Positions 43,747-57,002 of a DNA stretch of 64,000 nucleotides are shown here, in pieces. Position 1 is the stretch's first letter, and the number at the start of each line of letters is the position of its first letter. The position numbers and the translations under genes were made by a program. The stretch is from the human T2T-CHM13v2.0 reference genome, Homo sapiens. The DNA lies in assembly GCF_009914755.1 (NCBI RefSeq), contig NC_060928.1; one strand, written 5' to 3'. The notes under the pieces are model-generated. The model did no database searches. It was not told where the DNA came from and was given only the letters and a program-made list of their open reading frames with translations.

Positions 43747-45752
43747 CAATTTTAGTGTTAATTTACTTCATTTTCTGTGCAGTATCTTCCAGTGTTTTTG
43801 TGATTAGAAAATTCTGCTCCCTAATAGATAAATGATAAATGTTCATCGATATTGTTACTAACATTTTTTTCAAATTTAACAAAATTACATATATATATAT
43901 AATGTTCTAAATTACTATTTTTCAAAGTACATATTTTTAAATACTGCTTTAAACTGATTATTTGTTAACTATTATAATTATTTTAAATTAAACCACTATT
44001 GTACTCCTGGTCATTTTCAAAATTTTATTATGCTTGCATTTTTTTCAAAATAAGAAAATTTATTCTTATACAATTATATAACCCTTGCTTCAGTTTTTCA
44101 GAATCTCCTATAGTTTCTAGGACACTTAGCCACAGCTGACTTCAGACATCTTTTCTACTTAATAGTGCTGGCAGAGCCCATATTTTGGGACTGATTATGC
44201 CTATTCTGAATAGGCTTTGGGCTTGTCTCATTTTTCCTCTGGCTTCAGACCATTAATTGTTTTCTTATTATTATCTAACCAAGTTATGTGAAGCAGTCTT
44301 CTAATTGCAGCACTGTGTTCGGCTGAGGCAAGTTAAGGTCTATTCTTGGATATATTTTTTAAAAATAAATTTTATTGTGTATATTCGTGATTTGCAACAT
44401 GATATTATGGGATACACATAGGTAGTACAATGGTTACTATATTGAAGCCAATTAACATAACTATCATCTTTTTTGTGTGTATGACAAGAGTAGCTACAAT
44501 CAACTTAACAAAAATCCCTAATACAATGCAATTTTATTTTTAGTTTTCAAATTGTACATCAGATGTCTTGACTTGTTTATCTTATATATCTGCTATTTTG
44601 TATTCTTTGATTTATACCTCCCCATTTCCTCTCACCCACATCTGTAATTTTAAAAAAAGTTTCAATCTCTATGTCTATGTATTTTAAAATTTCACATATG
44701 TGAAATCATGCAATAATTTTCTTTCTGTGCCTGTTTTATTTCATGTAGCATAATGTTTCCCAGGTGCATCTATGTTGTGGAAAATCTTAGGATTTATTTT
44801 AGGCTGAATAATATTCCATTGTATATATGTATGTCATGTTTTCTTTATCCATTTGTCCACCAGTGTGCGTTTAAGTAGTTTCCACTTCTACATTTCCACC
44901 AACCGTATACTAGGGTTTTCTTTTCTCTACACTTTTACAAACATTTATCTCCTGTCTTTTTAATAGGCATTCTTGCTATGGGGATGACGTATTTATCATA
45001 GTGGTTTAAATTAGCAATTCCCTTATGATTAGTGATTGTGAGCACCTTTTATAAACCGTTTGTTAACCTTTTTTGTGTCTTCTTTACAGAAATGTCTATT
45101 CAGGTATTTTGTCCATCTTTTAATCTATGTATTTGTTTTTCTGTTATTGAGATTGTAAGTGTGTTTAATAAAATTTTATATATTAACTCATCAGATATAA
45201 GGCTTGCAATTATTTTTTTCTTAATCAGTAGGTTGCCTTTTTATTTTGTTGACTATTTTATTTGTTGTGCAGGTTTTTAGTTTGATATAGTCCCTTTTAT
45301 TTATTGTATGTTTTATAGCCTGAACTAAAAATGTGATATCAAAAATATTATTGCCAAAGACAATGTCAAGGAGATTTTCCTTTGTCATCTCTTCTAGGAG
45401 TTTTGTGGCTTCAGATTTTACAATTATGTCTTCTTTTCATTTTAAATTGATTTTTGTGTATGATATAAGAGAATGGTCCAGTTTTACTCTTTTGCATGTG
45501 GCAATAATTTTCACAGCACCATTTACTGAGGAGATTTTTATTTTCCATTGTGTCTTCTTGATCCCCTTGTCAAGATTCATTGACTATACATATTTGGATG
45601 TATTTCTCAGCTATGTATTCTGTTCCATTGATCCATGTTTCTGTTTTTATTCTAGAACCACACTGTTTTGATTGCTGTAGCTTTGTAACATAATTTTAAA
45701 TCAGGAAGTATAATACCTTTAACATCTTTTCTCACTATTGCTTTGGCTATTT

Positions 45753-45806
<54 letters not shown>
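45753..45806. repeat. (TG)n microsatellite
   Basis: Direct reading. Confidence 0.97.
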
Positions 45807-45808
<2 letters not shown>

Positions 45809-47556
45809 ATTCCATACCAATTTTAGGGCTTTTTTTTTCTATCTAGATGAAGAATGCCCTAAGACTTTTGAGAGGAACTGTGTTAAATCTGTATATCACT
45901 TTCAGAGTATGGACATTTTAACAATATTAATTCATTGAATCAATGAAGATGGACTATCTTTTCATTTTCTTGTGTCTTCTATTTCTTTTTCAATATTTTA
46001 TACATTTTGGTGTACAAATCTTTCATACCATTAGTTATATTTACTCCTAGATTTTTTTAATGCTTTCATAAATGAGATTATTTCATGACATTTTTCAGAC
46101 AGGCCTTTAGTAATAAATAAAAACACTACTGATTTTTGTATGTTGATTTTGTATCCTGCAACTTTACTGAATTCATTTATTAGTTATAACAGTTTATTTG
46201 TGGAATCTTTGAGGGTTTTACTCATAGGATTATGTAATTTGCAAATGGAGACAATTTTACTTTCCCCTTTTGGTTTGAATGTCATTTACTTTTCTTTTTT
46301 TTGTCTGCTTTTGTTGGTACTTTCAGACCTATGTTGAATAGAAGTGATGAAAGTGGGAATCACTACCTTTTTCTAGATATTAGCAGAAAAGTTTTTAATA
46401 TTCTTCATTAATCATAATGTTAGCTGTGGGGTTTTTTTTATAAATGGCCTATATTGTGTTGAGGGACATTTCTTCTAAACCTACACTATTAAGAGTTTTA
46501 TTAAAAAGAAAGATGCTGAACTTTGTCAAATGATTTCTCTGTGTCACTTAGGATGATCATGTAGTTTTTATCTTCTATTCTGTTAATGTAATATAGAACA
46601 TTGTTTGGTTCATATATGTAAAACCATCCTTGCATTCCAGAGACAAATCCAACTTTGTCATAATTTAAATGTTTTCTGTGTTGTTGAATTCAGTTTGCTA
46701 ATATTTTATTGAAAATTTTTTCACTGATGTGGACTAGAGGTATCAGTTAGTAGTTTTCTTTTCTTGAAGTGTTTTTGTCTGGCTTAGGTATCCAGGTTAT
46801 GCTAGCCTTATAAAATGTGTTTGGATGTATTGCAATAGCTCTATTTTTTGGAAGAATTTTAGAAGTATTAGTAGTAAATGTTTCTCTGAACATTTAGTAG
46901 AATTAATCTGTGAAACCATGTGGTCATTGGCTTTTCTTTGTTTGAGGTTTTTAGTTATTACTTTAATATCTTTAATTTGTTATCCATCTGTTAAAGCTTT
47001 ATATTTTGAGCTTCTTGATTTATGTTTTTAAGGTTTCATTTTTTTCTAGGAATTTATTCTTTTTCTTTAGGTTATCAAGTTGGTTGGAATATTATAATGA
47101 ATTTATTCATATTTGTTCATCATAATTATTTTTACTTCTGAGGCATTTCTTGTCTCCACTTTCATTTCTGATTTTATTTCTTTGACTTCTGTCTCTTTTT
47201 GCTTAGTCCAGCTAAGAGTGTGTCAATGTTTTTTATTTTTTCAAAGAACCAAATCTAAGTTTAATTTACTTTTTAATATAATTTTATTTTCTCTACTTGA
47301 TTCATGTCTGTTCTGACCTTTATTATTTTCTTTCTTCTGCTAACTTTGGGTTCAGACTGTTCTTTTATTTCTAACTCTGTTGCGTAACTTTTGTCCATTT
47401 ATTTTTGAAGTCTTTCTTCTTTTTTAATATAGTCACTTACTGTTAAAAACTTCCTTCTTACAACTGCTTTTGCTGCATATCATATGTTTTGATATGCTAT
47501 GTTTTAATAGTCATTTTTCTCAAGATATTTTCCAAATTTTCCTTTAAATTTCTCCT

Positions 47557-48921
47557 TTGGTTCCAAGTCATTGTTATTGTGAATAGTGCTGCAATAAACA
47601 TACATCATGTGTCTTTAAAGCAGCATGATTTATAATCCTTTGGGTATATGCCTAGTAATGGGATGACTGGGTCAAATGGTATTTCTAGTTCTAGATCCCT
47701 GAGGAATCGCCACACTGACTTCCACAATGGTTGAACTAGTTTACAGTCCCACCTACAGTGTAAAAATGTTCCTGTTTCTCCACATCCTCTCCAGCACCTG
47801 TTGTTTCCTGACTTTTTAATGATCACCATTCTAACTGGTGTGAGATGGTATTTCATTGTGGTTTTGATTTGCATTTCTCTGATGGCCAGTGATGATGAGC
47901 ATTTTTTCATGTGTCTTTTGGCTGCATAAATGTCTTCTTTTGAGAAGTGTCTGTTCATATCCTTTGCCCACTTGTTGATGGGGTTGTTTTTTTCTTGTAA
48001 ATTTGTTGGAGTTCATTGTAGAATCTGGATATTAGCCCTTTGTCAGATGAGTAGATTGCAAAACTTTTCTCCCATTCTGCAGGTTGCCTGTTCACTGTGA
48101 TGGTAGTTTCTTTTGCTGTGCAGAAGCTCTTGAGTTTAATTAGATCCCATTTGTCAATTTTGGCTTTTGTTGCCATTGCTTTTGGTGTTTTAGACATGAA
48201 GTCCTTGCCTACGCCTACGTTCTGAATGGTATTGCCTAGGTTTTCTTCCAGGGTTTTTATGGTTTTAGGTCTCACATTTAAGTCTTTCATCCATCTTGAA
48301 TTAATTTTTGTATAAGGTGTAAGGAAGGGATCCAGTTTCAGCTTTCTACATATGGCTAACCAATTTTCCCAGCACCGTTTATTAAATAGGGAATCTTTTC
48401 CCCATTTCTTGTTTTTGTCAGGTTTGTCAAAGATCACATGGTTGTAGATATGCACCATTATTTCTGAGGGCTCTGGCAAGGTCTTGGAGCCAAGCCAAAT
48501 GTCCAACAATGGTAGACTGGATTAAGAAAATGTGGCACATATACACCACGGAATACTATGCCGCCATAAAAAATGATGAGTTAATGTCCTTTGTAGGGAC
48601 ATGGATGAAGCTGGAAACCATCATTCTCAGCAAACTATCGCAAGGACAAAAAACCAAACACCGCATGTTCTCACTCATAGGTGGGAATTGAACAATGAGA
48701 ACACATGGACACAGGAAGGGGAACATTACACACCAGGGCCTGTTGTGGGGTGGGGGGAGTGGGGAGGGATAGCATTAGGAGATATACCGAATGTTAAATG
48801 ACGAGTTAATGGGTGCAGCACACCAACATGGCACATGTATACATATGTAACTAACCTGCACGTTGTGCACATGTACCCTAAAACTTAAAGTATAATAAAA
48901 TAAATAAATAAATAAATAAAT
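47557..48921 (+). mobile_element. L1PA (PA3-PA5-type), 5'-truncated with 5' inversion (twin priming)
   Basis: Minus-strand ORF2 segment 47557-48475 is joined to a plus-strand 3' end 48476-48921 with a (TAAA)n tail. TSD atttctcctttgg at 47548-47560 / 48924-48936. Confidence 0.95.
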
Positions 48922-50198
48922 ACATTTCTCCTTTGGCCTGTTAGTTTTTCAGGAGCACATTCTTTAATTTTCACATATTTGTGAATGCTCTAAGATTCTA
49001 ATGTTATTGTTTTCTAGGCCACTGTGTGGTCAGAAACAGTATTAAGTATGATTTCAAACCTTTTAAATTTGTTAAGACTTGTTTTATGGGCTAATATGTT
49101 CTATACTGTAGAGTGTCCCACATACATTAAAAATCTGTGCGTGTGTATGTGTGTGTGTATATATCTATACTGCTGCTCTTGAGTTAAAGTTTATATATGT
49201 CTGTTCTAACTTTCTGGTCTGAAGTGCAATTCAGGTCAGTATTTAGTACTTGTCTGTCTAGTTAATATATTCATTGCAGAAAGAAGAGTATTGAAGTCTT
49301 CTACTATTATTGTGTTGCTGCCTCTTTCTTCTTTTATGTCCATTAATATTAGCTTTATATATGTGAATGCTATAATGTTGGGTACATATATATGTAAATT
49401 TTTTATGTCCTCTTGATGAATTGGCCCATTTATTATTTAGTAATGGTCATCTTTGCCTTTTGTAGCAGTTTTTGACTTCAAGTGTATTTTATCTCTTATA
49501 AATATAGCCACTCCTTTCTCTTTTGGCTGCTATTTGCATGGAATATCTTATTACATCTCTTCACTTTCAGACTATGTGTCCTTAAAGCTAAAATGAGTAT
49601 CTCATAGGCAAGCTATAGATGGATTGTTTTTATTTATACGTTCAGCCACTCTATGTCTTTTTATTGGAGAGTCTAATCCTTCTACATTCAAAATTATTAT
49701 TGAAAGTTTAGAACTTATTTCTTCCATTTTGTTGATTGATTTCTGGTTTTTTTGTACATCAATTTTTTCTTTCTTTCTCTCTTGTTTGCATATGTGTTTT
49801 GATAATTTTCTGTAATACTAAATTTTTATTTCGTTCTCTTTCTTGTTTGCATATCTGCTGTAATTTTTGCTTTGTAACTACCTTGGGGCTTATATACTCA
49901 AAAATTTTAGTTGTAATATATTTTTTTAAGCTGATAACAATTTAAATTTGATCGCATACAAATATTCTAGACATTTAGCCTCACCACCATGATTTATATT
50001 TTTGTTGTACAATTTACATATTTTATATTGTGTATTCTTTAACCTCTTAGTGTAGCTAAAGTTATTTTTGACCATTTTGGCTTTTAACATTTATATTAGA
50101 GATTTGAAAGATTTATACATCACCATTACATTAATTACAGTAATCAAGTATTCTGAATTTTATTATGCATTTACCTCTACCAGTGAGTTGTATACTTT

Positions 50199-50524
50199 AT
50201 TTTATTGCACAAATCAAGATTTTATTTCCAATAAGTGCAAAAGTGGTTTATTTTTCAAATGATGCTTGTGCAATTGATATAATTTAGAAATGAAAACTTT
50301 AGGCCCCTATTATAGCATACACCAAAGGTAACTTTAAGTGAATTAAAATGTAAATATAAAAATGAAATTACAAAATACTAGAGAAAACTTTATACAAATG
50401 TTCATATAGCATTGGAGTGAAAAATGCTTTGAAGTTCTAACCATAAAGGAAAGGCATAGCAGAATAAGACTAAAATATCATAACATTTAATGGTTGTTCT
50501 TAAATAGCTAGAAACACACTTCAA
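50199..50524 (-). other. TSD-flanked polyadenylated orphan retroposed insert containing ancient L1 sequence in antisense
   Basis: Interrupts the host L1 (gagttgtatacttt|catatg). TSD gagttgtatacttt 50185-50198 / gagctatacacttt 50525-50538. Minus-strand AATAAA (50221-50226) lies ~14 nt before an A-rich tail. Confidence 0.65.
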
Positions 50525-51149
50525 GAGCTATACACTTTCATATGTTTTTGTGATAGTAATAATTGTCCTTTCATTTCTGGTTGAAGCACTATCTTAAACA
50601 TTTTTTTGTAAGGCTGGTCTAGTGGTGATGAATTCTCTCATCTTTAACTTATCTAAGACAGACTTTGTTTATCTTTCATTTCTGAAGGACAGCCTTGCTG
50701 AGTGTAGTATTCTTGACTGTCAGTATTCTTTTTCTTTTCCTTTTAAACTTTGAATATATAATTCCATTTTCTTCTGACCTGCAATTTTTCTGCTGGATAT
50801 TCATTGCTAGACTAATCAGGATTCCCTTATATGTGACTTGACATTTTTTCTTGCTGCTTTTAGAATTTTCTGTCTTTGACTTTTGGCAGTTTGCCTAGAA
50901 TTTTTGGATTGAATCTGTTTGGAGATTTTTGAGTGTCATGGATCTGGATGTTCATATTTTTCCCAATATTTGGGAAGTTTTCAGCAATTATTTTATTAAG
51001 TAGGTTTTCTGTGGCTTTCTTCATCTATTCTTCCTCTAAAAATTCCATAATGAAAAAAAATTGGTCCCTTATAGATGCCCTGTAAGTCCCACATAGATTT
51101 TCTTCACTCTTTGACATTTTTTTCCAGAGTTATTCAAAAGGCCTGTCAC

Positions 51150-51471
<322 letters not shown>

Positions 51472-54444
51472 TTAAGAAATTCTCTTTTTCTGCTAGATGT
51501 ATTCTTCTATTGAAACTCCCAACTGTATTTTTTACTTTATTTATTGAATTCTTCAGCTATAGGATTCCAATTTGGTTTGTTTTTATAATATCTGTTTCCT
51601 TGTTAAATTTCTCATTTAGATAATAGATTGTTGTATTGATTTCATTATATGTCTGCTTGCATTCTTTTAACTTACCAAGTTTCTTTAAGATCATTATTTT
51701 GAATTCCTTTTAGGCAATTAGTAAATTTTCATATTGGAAGCCTAAGTTGCTGGAGAAAGATTGTGTTCCTTTGGTGGTGGTGTGTTTTCCGCTTTTTTAC
51801 ATTTCTTCTATCACTGCATTGATACATGAGCATTTGATGGAACAGTCACCTCTCTCAATTTTATAGAATGGTTTTTATAGGGAAAGCCGGCAGATGGTTC
51901 CTAGATCAACTGGATATAGTGTATTGGCTATGGTTCCAGATGGGTGAAGTATTATTGTCTCCATGTCACTTCTTTAGCTGTAGACAACATCAGCTATGAC
52001 TGTGTGTGCCTTAATAGTCTTTGCTACAGGAGTTTCTGGCAGTGGTGATAGCAAGGTAGATTTTTCCTGAGCAGCTTGGACACAGCTTCCCTAGCGGTGC
52101 TGGACTGGTTTCAGTGCCAAAGGGACAAACCCATTCTCTCTCTTGGGTGTGGCTTATATTGGAGTAGGACATTGGGCTCATTTTTACATTGAGGAGCTTC
52201 AGTGACCCATGGGTACAGCACTCCACCTTCTTGAATGTGGCTTTCCTCGGGGCTTGGTACCAGATTGGTTTACATGCTGATAGGATATAGCTGCTCTGTT
52301 TGGTCAGGTGTGGCTTTCCTGGGTGCAGGACACCAGGCTGATTTGTGTGTGGAAGTGGTGTGGCTACTCCTATAACTCAGGGTCAACCACCCTACTCGGT
52401 CATACTGCATGTTCCTTAGAGGACAGAGTGCCATAAGGGATTGGGCATCAGCATCATGGCTATTCTACTGGGTTTAGGCTGTAAGTAGTAGGAGTGGGCA
52501 CAGCAGCCACTGGGATGGGGATAATGGAATGCCCCCTCGACAGCTTGTACTGTGGGTTAATGAGCTGTGGCAACTTATATGGGAATGGCACCCTACCATA
52601 TTAGAGCATGGTGCAATGACAGTGGAGGATCAGGGATGGTGAGATGCAGTAGCTACTGGCCATCAGAACAGGATGTACTCTAGCAGCGGCTCTGGTTTTA
52701 AGATGATGAATCACAATAGCAGCTTGGGTCATGGGGCAGTAGGGCACAATGTGGGTTCCTTCTCCAGAGTAATGCAGCCATGTGAATTCCTGGCAGCTCA
52801 CTAAACTAGGCTCAGGAACTGTGAAGTACTTCAGCAATCTCCAGTAGCAAAGATTGTAGCTGTCTGCAGTGGTAATGGGAACTGCTGGGGTCCTCCAGTT
52901 TACTTTTTCCTCATAGGGAGAATGCCTTCCTTACTTTAAGTTGATCCCAACTGGAGAAGCAAAGTGGCAGTGGAAGGGTGTTTTGTTCCATTCTCCATGT
53001 GGCCATACTGAATTTCTTTGCTCCACAGATTTTCTGTTACTCGCTTGCTGTAGTCCAACAATCTATTTGAGTCACTCTGGTCAAAATTTTCATTTTTTTT
53101 GTCCTTTTTTGGGGGGAGGTGGATGAGCATTAGTTACCTCTAGTCATCCGTCTTTCTAGTATCTTAATTATTTCTTTATCTTTTTTCTTCTTTCACATTA
53201 GAACAGAAAAGAAAAAAAAATTACAAGCTAACTCTTCTTGCCCCAATTTGCTATTTTCCTTGCAAAGCCTATAAGCAACCTTCTATTTTATTCTTCTTAA
53301 CCCTTCTGGTATGCCTCTTCCCCTGCACATGAATGACTTTCTATTAAAATCATAGTTTTACATCTAATATACTCACAATTTAAACCTCTTTATTTTAAAA
53401 TAAGAAAATTTAATCCTGGAATAAAATATCCTCTAAGTATATTTTTATACTCTTCTCTATATTATTTCCAATTAATTTCAAGTCATACACATTTTGCATT
53501 ATCTGCATTCTGTCATTAAATTTCTTTAATAAATTTTTCAAAATTTTTAATCTAAAACATAATATGAAAACAACATTGCTCTTTCATCTACTTAAAATGT
53601 TTGTAACAAAAATTTATTCTATTTTAAATTTTACATTATACTTCATAGCATGTTCTAGTTATAATGAGAGATGTTCCTTTGCCCATTTTTCTTTCTCTGA
53701 ACTACTTAAAATTGAGTTAAGACAAGCAAATTTAGTTAACTGTCCTTAACATCTAAATAAGAAATCCCTATTCTAATTCAATGTTGCTGGTTGGCACAGT
53801 ATTTGTTTAGTGACTGACAGCTCCAAATCATATTACTCTGTAAAACTTTTACTTTGAAATGTTTCTCAAGATGGTTTATGTTAATCCCATTATAATGGAC
53901 TACAATCAAGCAACTGCAATGGTAGTAATTTTCACTGCTTTTATTGAAATTGTAGATAGATGAACTGAATCCAAAACCTACTCCAAATAAAACAGCTCTC
54001 TACTCCTATGTTCTTGATAACAATAAATGTTAAATTATCTTCTATAAAAGGCTAACATAGTAAAATTATACTTTTTTCTTAGAAAATATACATTTTTTAA
54101 ATTTCCAATTTTTGTAGGGTTATTTTATGCATGAATATAATTTTAAGATTGGAGACATGCAGTCCAAATTGCTATATAGAGTTTTTATAAAGATCTCGTC
54201 TCCATATAGCTGTGCACAGTGTTTAATAAAACTTCTATAGTAAGCTTACCTCTGATAAAATGCAAATCAATTATAAAGGTTAAAATGATAATTAGAAAAT
54301 GTCCATAAAAGTGCCTTTAAGTATAAATTTCACCACATATAGGCCATATTAAATTGAATAATAATTTCTAAAAATATGCTTGATTAAAATAAATTTTAAG
54401 AGGTATACACGTAGTGCTAGTCTTTATCGTATGCATTTACTTCT

Positions 54445-54530
54445 TTAACTTTTTAACAATTGTATATAGGGATTTACTATGTGCCAAGTCCTGTGCTAAG
54501 TGCCAAGGTTAAATTGATGCATAAGACATA
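54445..54530 (-). mobile_element. L2 3' fragment
   Basis: tttactatgtgccaagtcctgtgctaagtgc...ataagaca. Confidence 0.7.
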
Positions 54531-54532
54531 TA

Positions 54533-56926
54533 TAGACATACCTCATTTTATTGTACCTCATATATACTGCATTTTCTACAAATTGCAGGTTCATGGCAAC
54601 CCCACATAGAGCAAGCCCATGAGCACCACTTTTCTAATAGCGTGAGTTTACTTCATGTCTCTGCATCACACTTTGGTAATTCTCACAATATTGAAAACTT
54701 TTTCATTATCATATCCCTTAATGTGTTCTGTGATTACCTATCTTTAATGTTATTATTATAATTTTGAGGGAGCACCACAAACTGTGCCCATATAAGATGG
54801 TAAACTCAGTTGGTAAGTGTTCTATGTACTCACTGCTCTACTAACTGGCTGTTCCCTCATCTTTTTCCTCCTTCTTAAGCCGCTTTATTCCCTGAGACAC
54901 AACAATAATGAAATTTGGCCAATTATTAAGCCTACAATGGTCGGTAATTGTTCAAATGAAAGAAAGAGTCACCTCTCACTTTATATCAAAAGCTATCAAT
55001 AATTAAACAGAGTAAGAAAGGCCTGTTGAAAGTCAAGATAGAAGAAAACTAGGCCTCTTGTGCCAAACAGTTATCTAAGTTATGAATATGAGAAAATGTT
55101 CTTGAAATAAATTAAAAATACTACTCCAGTGAACACACAAATGATAAGAAAATGAAATAACTGTATTACTAATATGGAGAAAGTTGTAGTTGTATAGATA
55201 TAAGATCAAGTAAGCCATGGTATTTGCTTAAGACAAAGTCTGATCTAGAACAATGTTCTAATGCTCTTTAATTCTATGAAGGCTGAGAGAGATGAAGAAG
55301 GTACAGAAAACAAGTTTGAAACTAGTAGAAGTTAGTTCATAAAATTTAAGGAAAGAAGACATTTCCCATAACATGCAAGTGTAAAGGGAGGCAACATATA
55401 TCAATATAAACCTGCTTCAAGTTATCCAGAAAATCAAGCTAAGATCATTGATGAAGGTGGCTACACTAAACTATAGATTTTCAATGTACTTAACCTTACT
55501 GGAAAAAGAGAGCATTTAAGACTTTCATAGCTAGAGAGGAAAAGTCAATGCCTGGGTCCAGTGCTTCAAAAGACAGGCTGATTCTCTTATTAGGGGCTAT
55601 TGCAGTTGATGATTTTAAGATGAAGTCAATGTCATTTATTATACTGAAAATCCCATGGCCCTAAAAGAATCATGTTAACTCTAATAAATCTAATAATCTG
55701 CCTGCTCTCTATAAATGGAAAAACAAAGCCTGAATGGCAGCACATCTGTTTACAACATGGCTTATTGAATATTGTAAGCCCACTATTTTGTCCAACTGCT
55801 TAGAGAAAAAGATTTCTTTTAAAATATTATTGTTGATTGACAACACATGTGGTCACCCAAGAGCTCTAATGGAGTTATACAAGCAAATTCATGTCATTTT
55901 CATGTTCACTATCACAATATCTGTTCTGCAGCTTATAGATCAAGTAATAATTTAAACTTTTAAGTCTTATTATTTAAGAAATACATTTTGTAAGACTACA
56001 GCTGCTATAAATAGTAATCCCTCTGATGGATCTGGGCAAAGTAACTTGAAAACTTTCTGGAAAAAACATTTATCATTCTAGATGTCATTAAGAACACTCA
56101 TAATTCATAAGATGAGGCCAAAATATCAACATCAATAGGAATTTAAAAGAAATTTATTCAAACCCACATTGATCACTTTGAGGGGTTCAAGAATAGTGGA
56201 GGAAGTAACTGCAAATGTGATGGAAATAGCAAGAGAACTAGAATTAGATGTGGAGCCTGAAGATGTGCCTGAATCACTCCACTGTCATGACTGAACTTGA
56301 ATAGTAGGGAAATTACTTCTTATGGATGAACAAAGAAAGTGGTTTCTTGAGGTGGAATATAATCTCAGTGAAGATGCTGTGAACATTGTTGAAATGATGA
56401 CAAAGGATTCATATTACATATTACATAAACTTAATTGATAAAGCACTGACAGGATTGGAGAAAATTGATTCTAATTTTGAATGAAGTTCTACTGTGGGTA
56501 AAATGCTATCAAACATCATCACATGCCAAAGAGAAATATTTTGAGAAAGGAAGAGTCACGCAATGTGGTAAACTTCATTGTTGTATTATTTGAAGATATT
56601 TCCACAGCCAGTCCAACCTTCAGTAACCACCACCTTGATCAGTCAGCAGCCATCAACTTTGAGGCAAGACCCTCCACCAGCAAAACTTATGAATTCCTAA
56701 AACTCATGTGACCATTAGCATTTTTTAGAAATAAAGTATTTTTAATTGAGATGAGTAAATTTTTTAGACGAAATGCTATTAAACACATAATAGGCTACAG
56801 TCTAATAGAAACATAACATTTACATTCACTGGGAAACCAAAAACTTTGTGGGACTCAGTTTCATGCAGTATTTGCTTTATTGAGGCAACCTGAAAATGAA
56901 TCCACAATTTCTCTGAGGTATGCCTG
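54533..56926 (+). mobile_element. Tigger1, full length (~2.4 kb), defective transposase
   Basis: TIRs tagacatacctc... / ...ctgaggtatgcctg flanked by TA; ORF 55734-55955 KISFKILLLIDNTCGHPRAL is a pogo/Tigger DDE segment. Confidence 0.93.
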
Positions 56927-57002
56927 TATGTTAAATGTTCTTAATGTGTTAGAAGCCAAACTAACTGATAAGCAACTATATATATAGAGAGAGAGGATTT
57001 CG

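Noticed and set aside
48745-48770. G-quadruplex motif
   Set aside because: Standard L1 3'UTR G-tract, not locus-specific.
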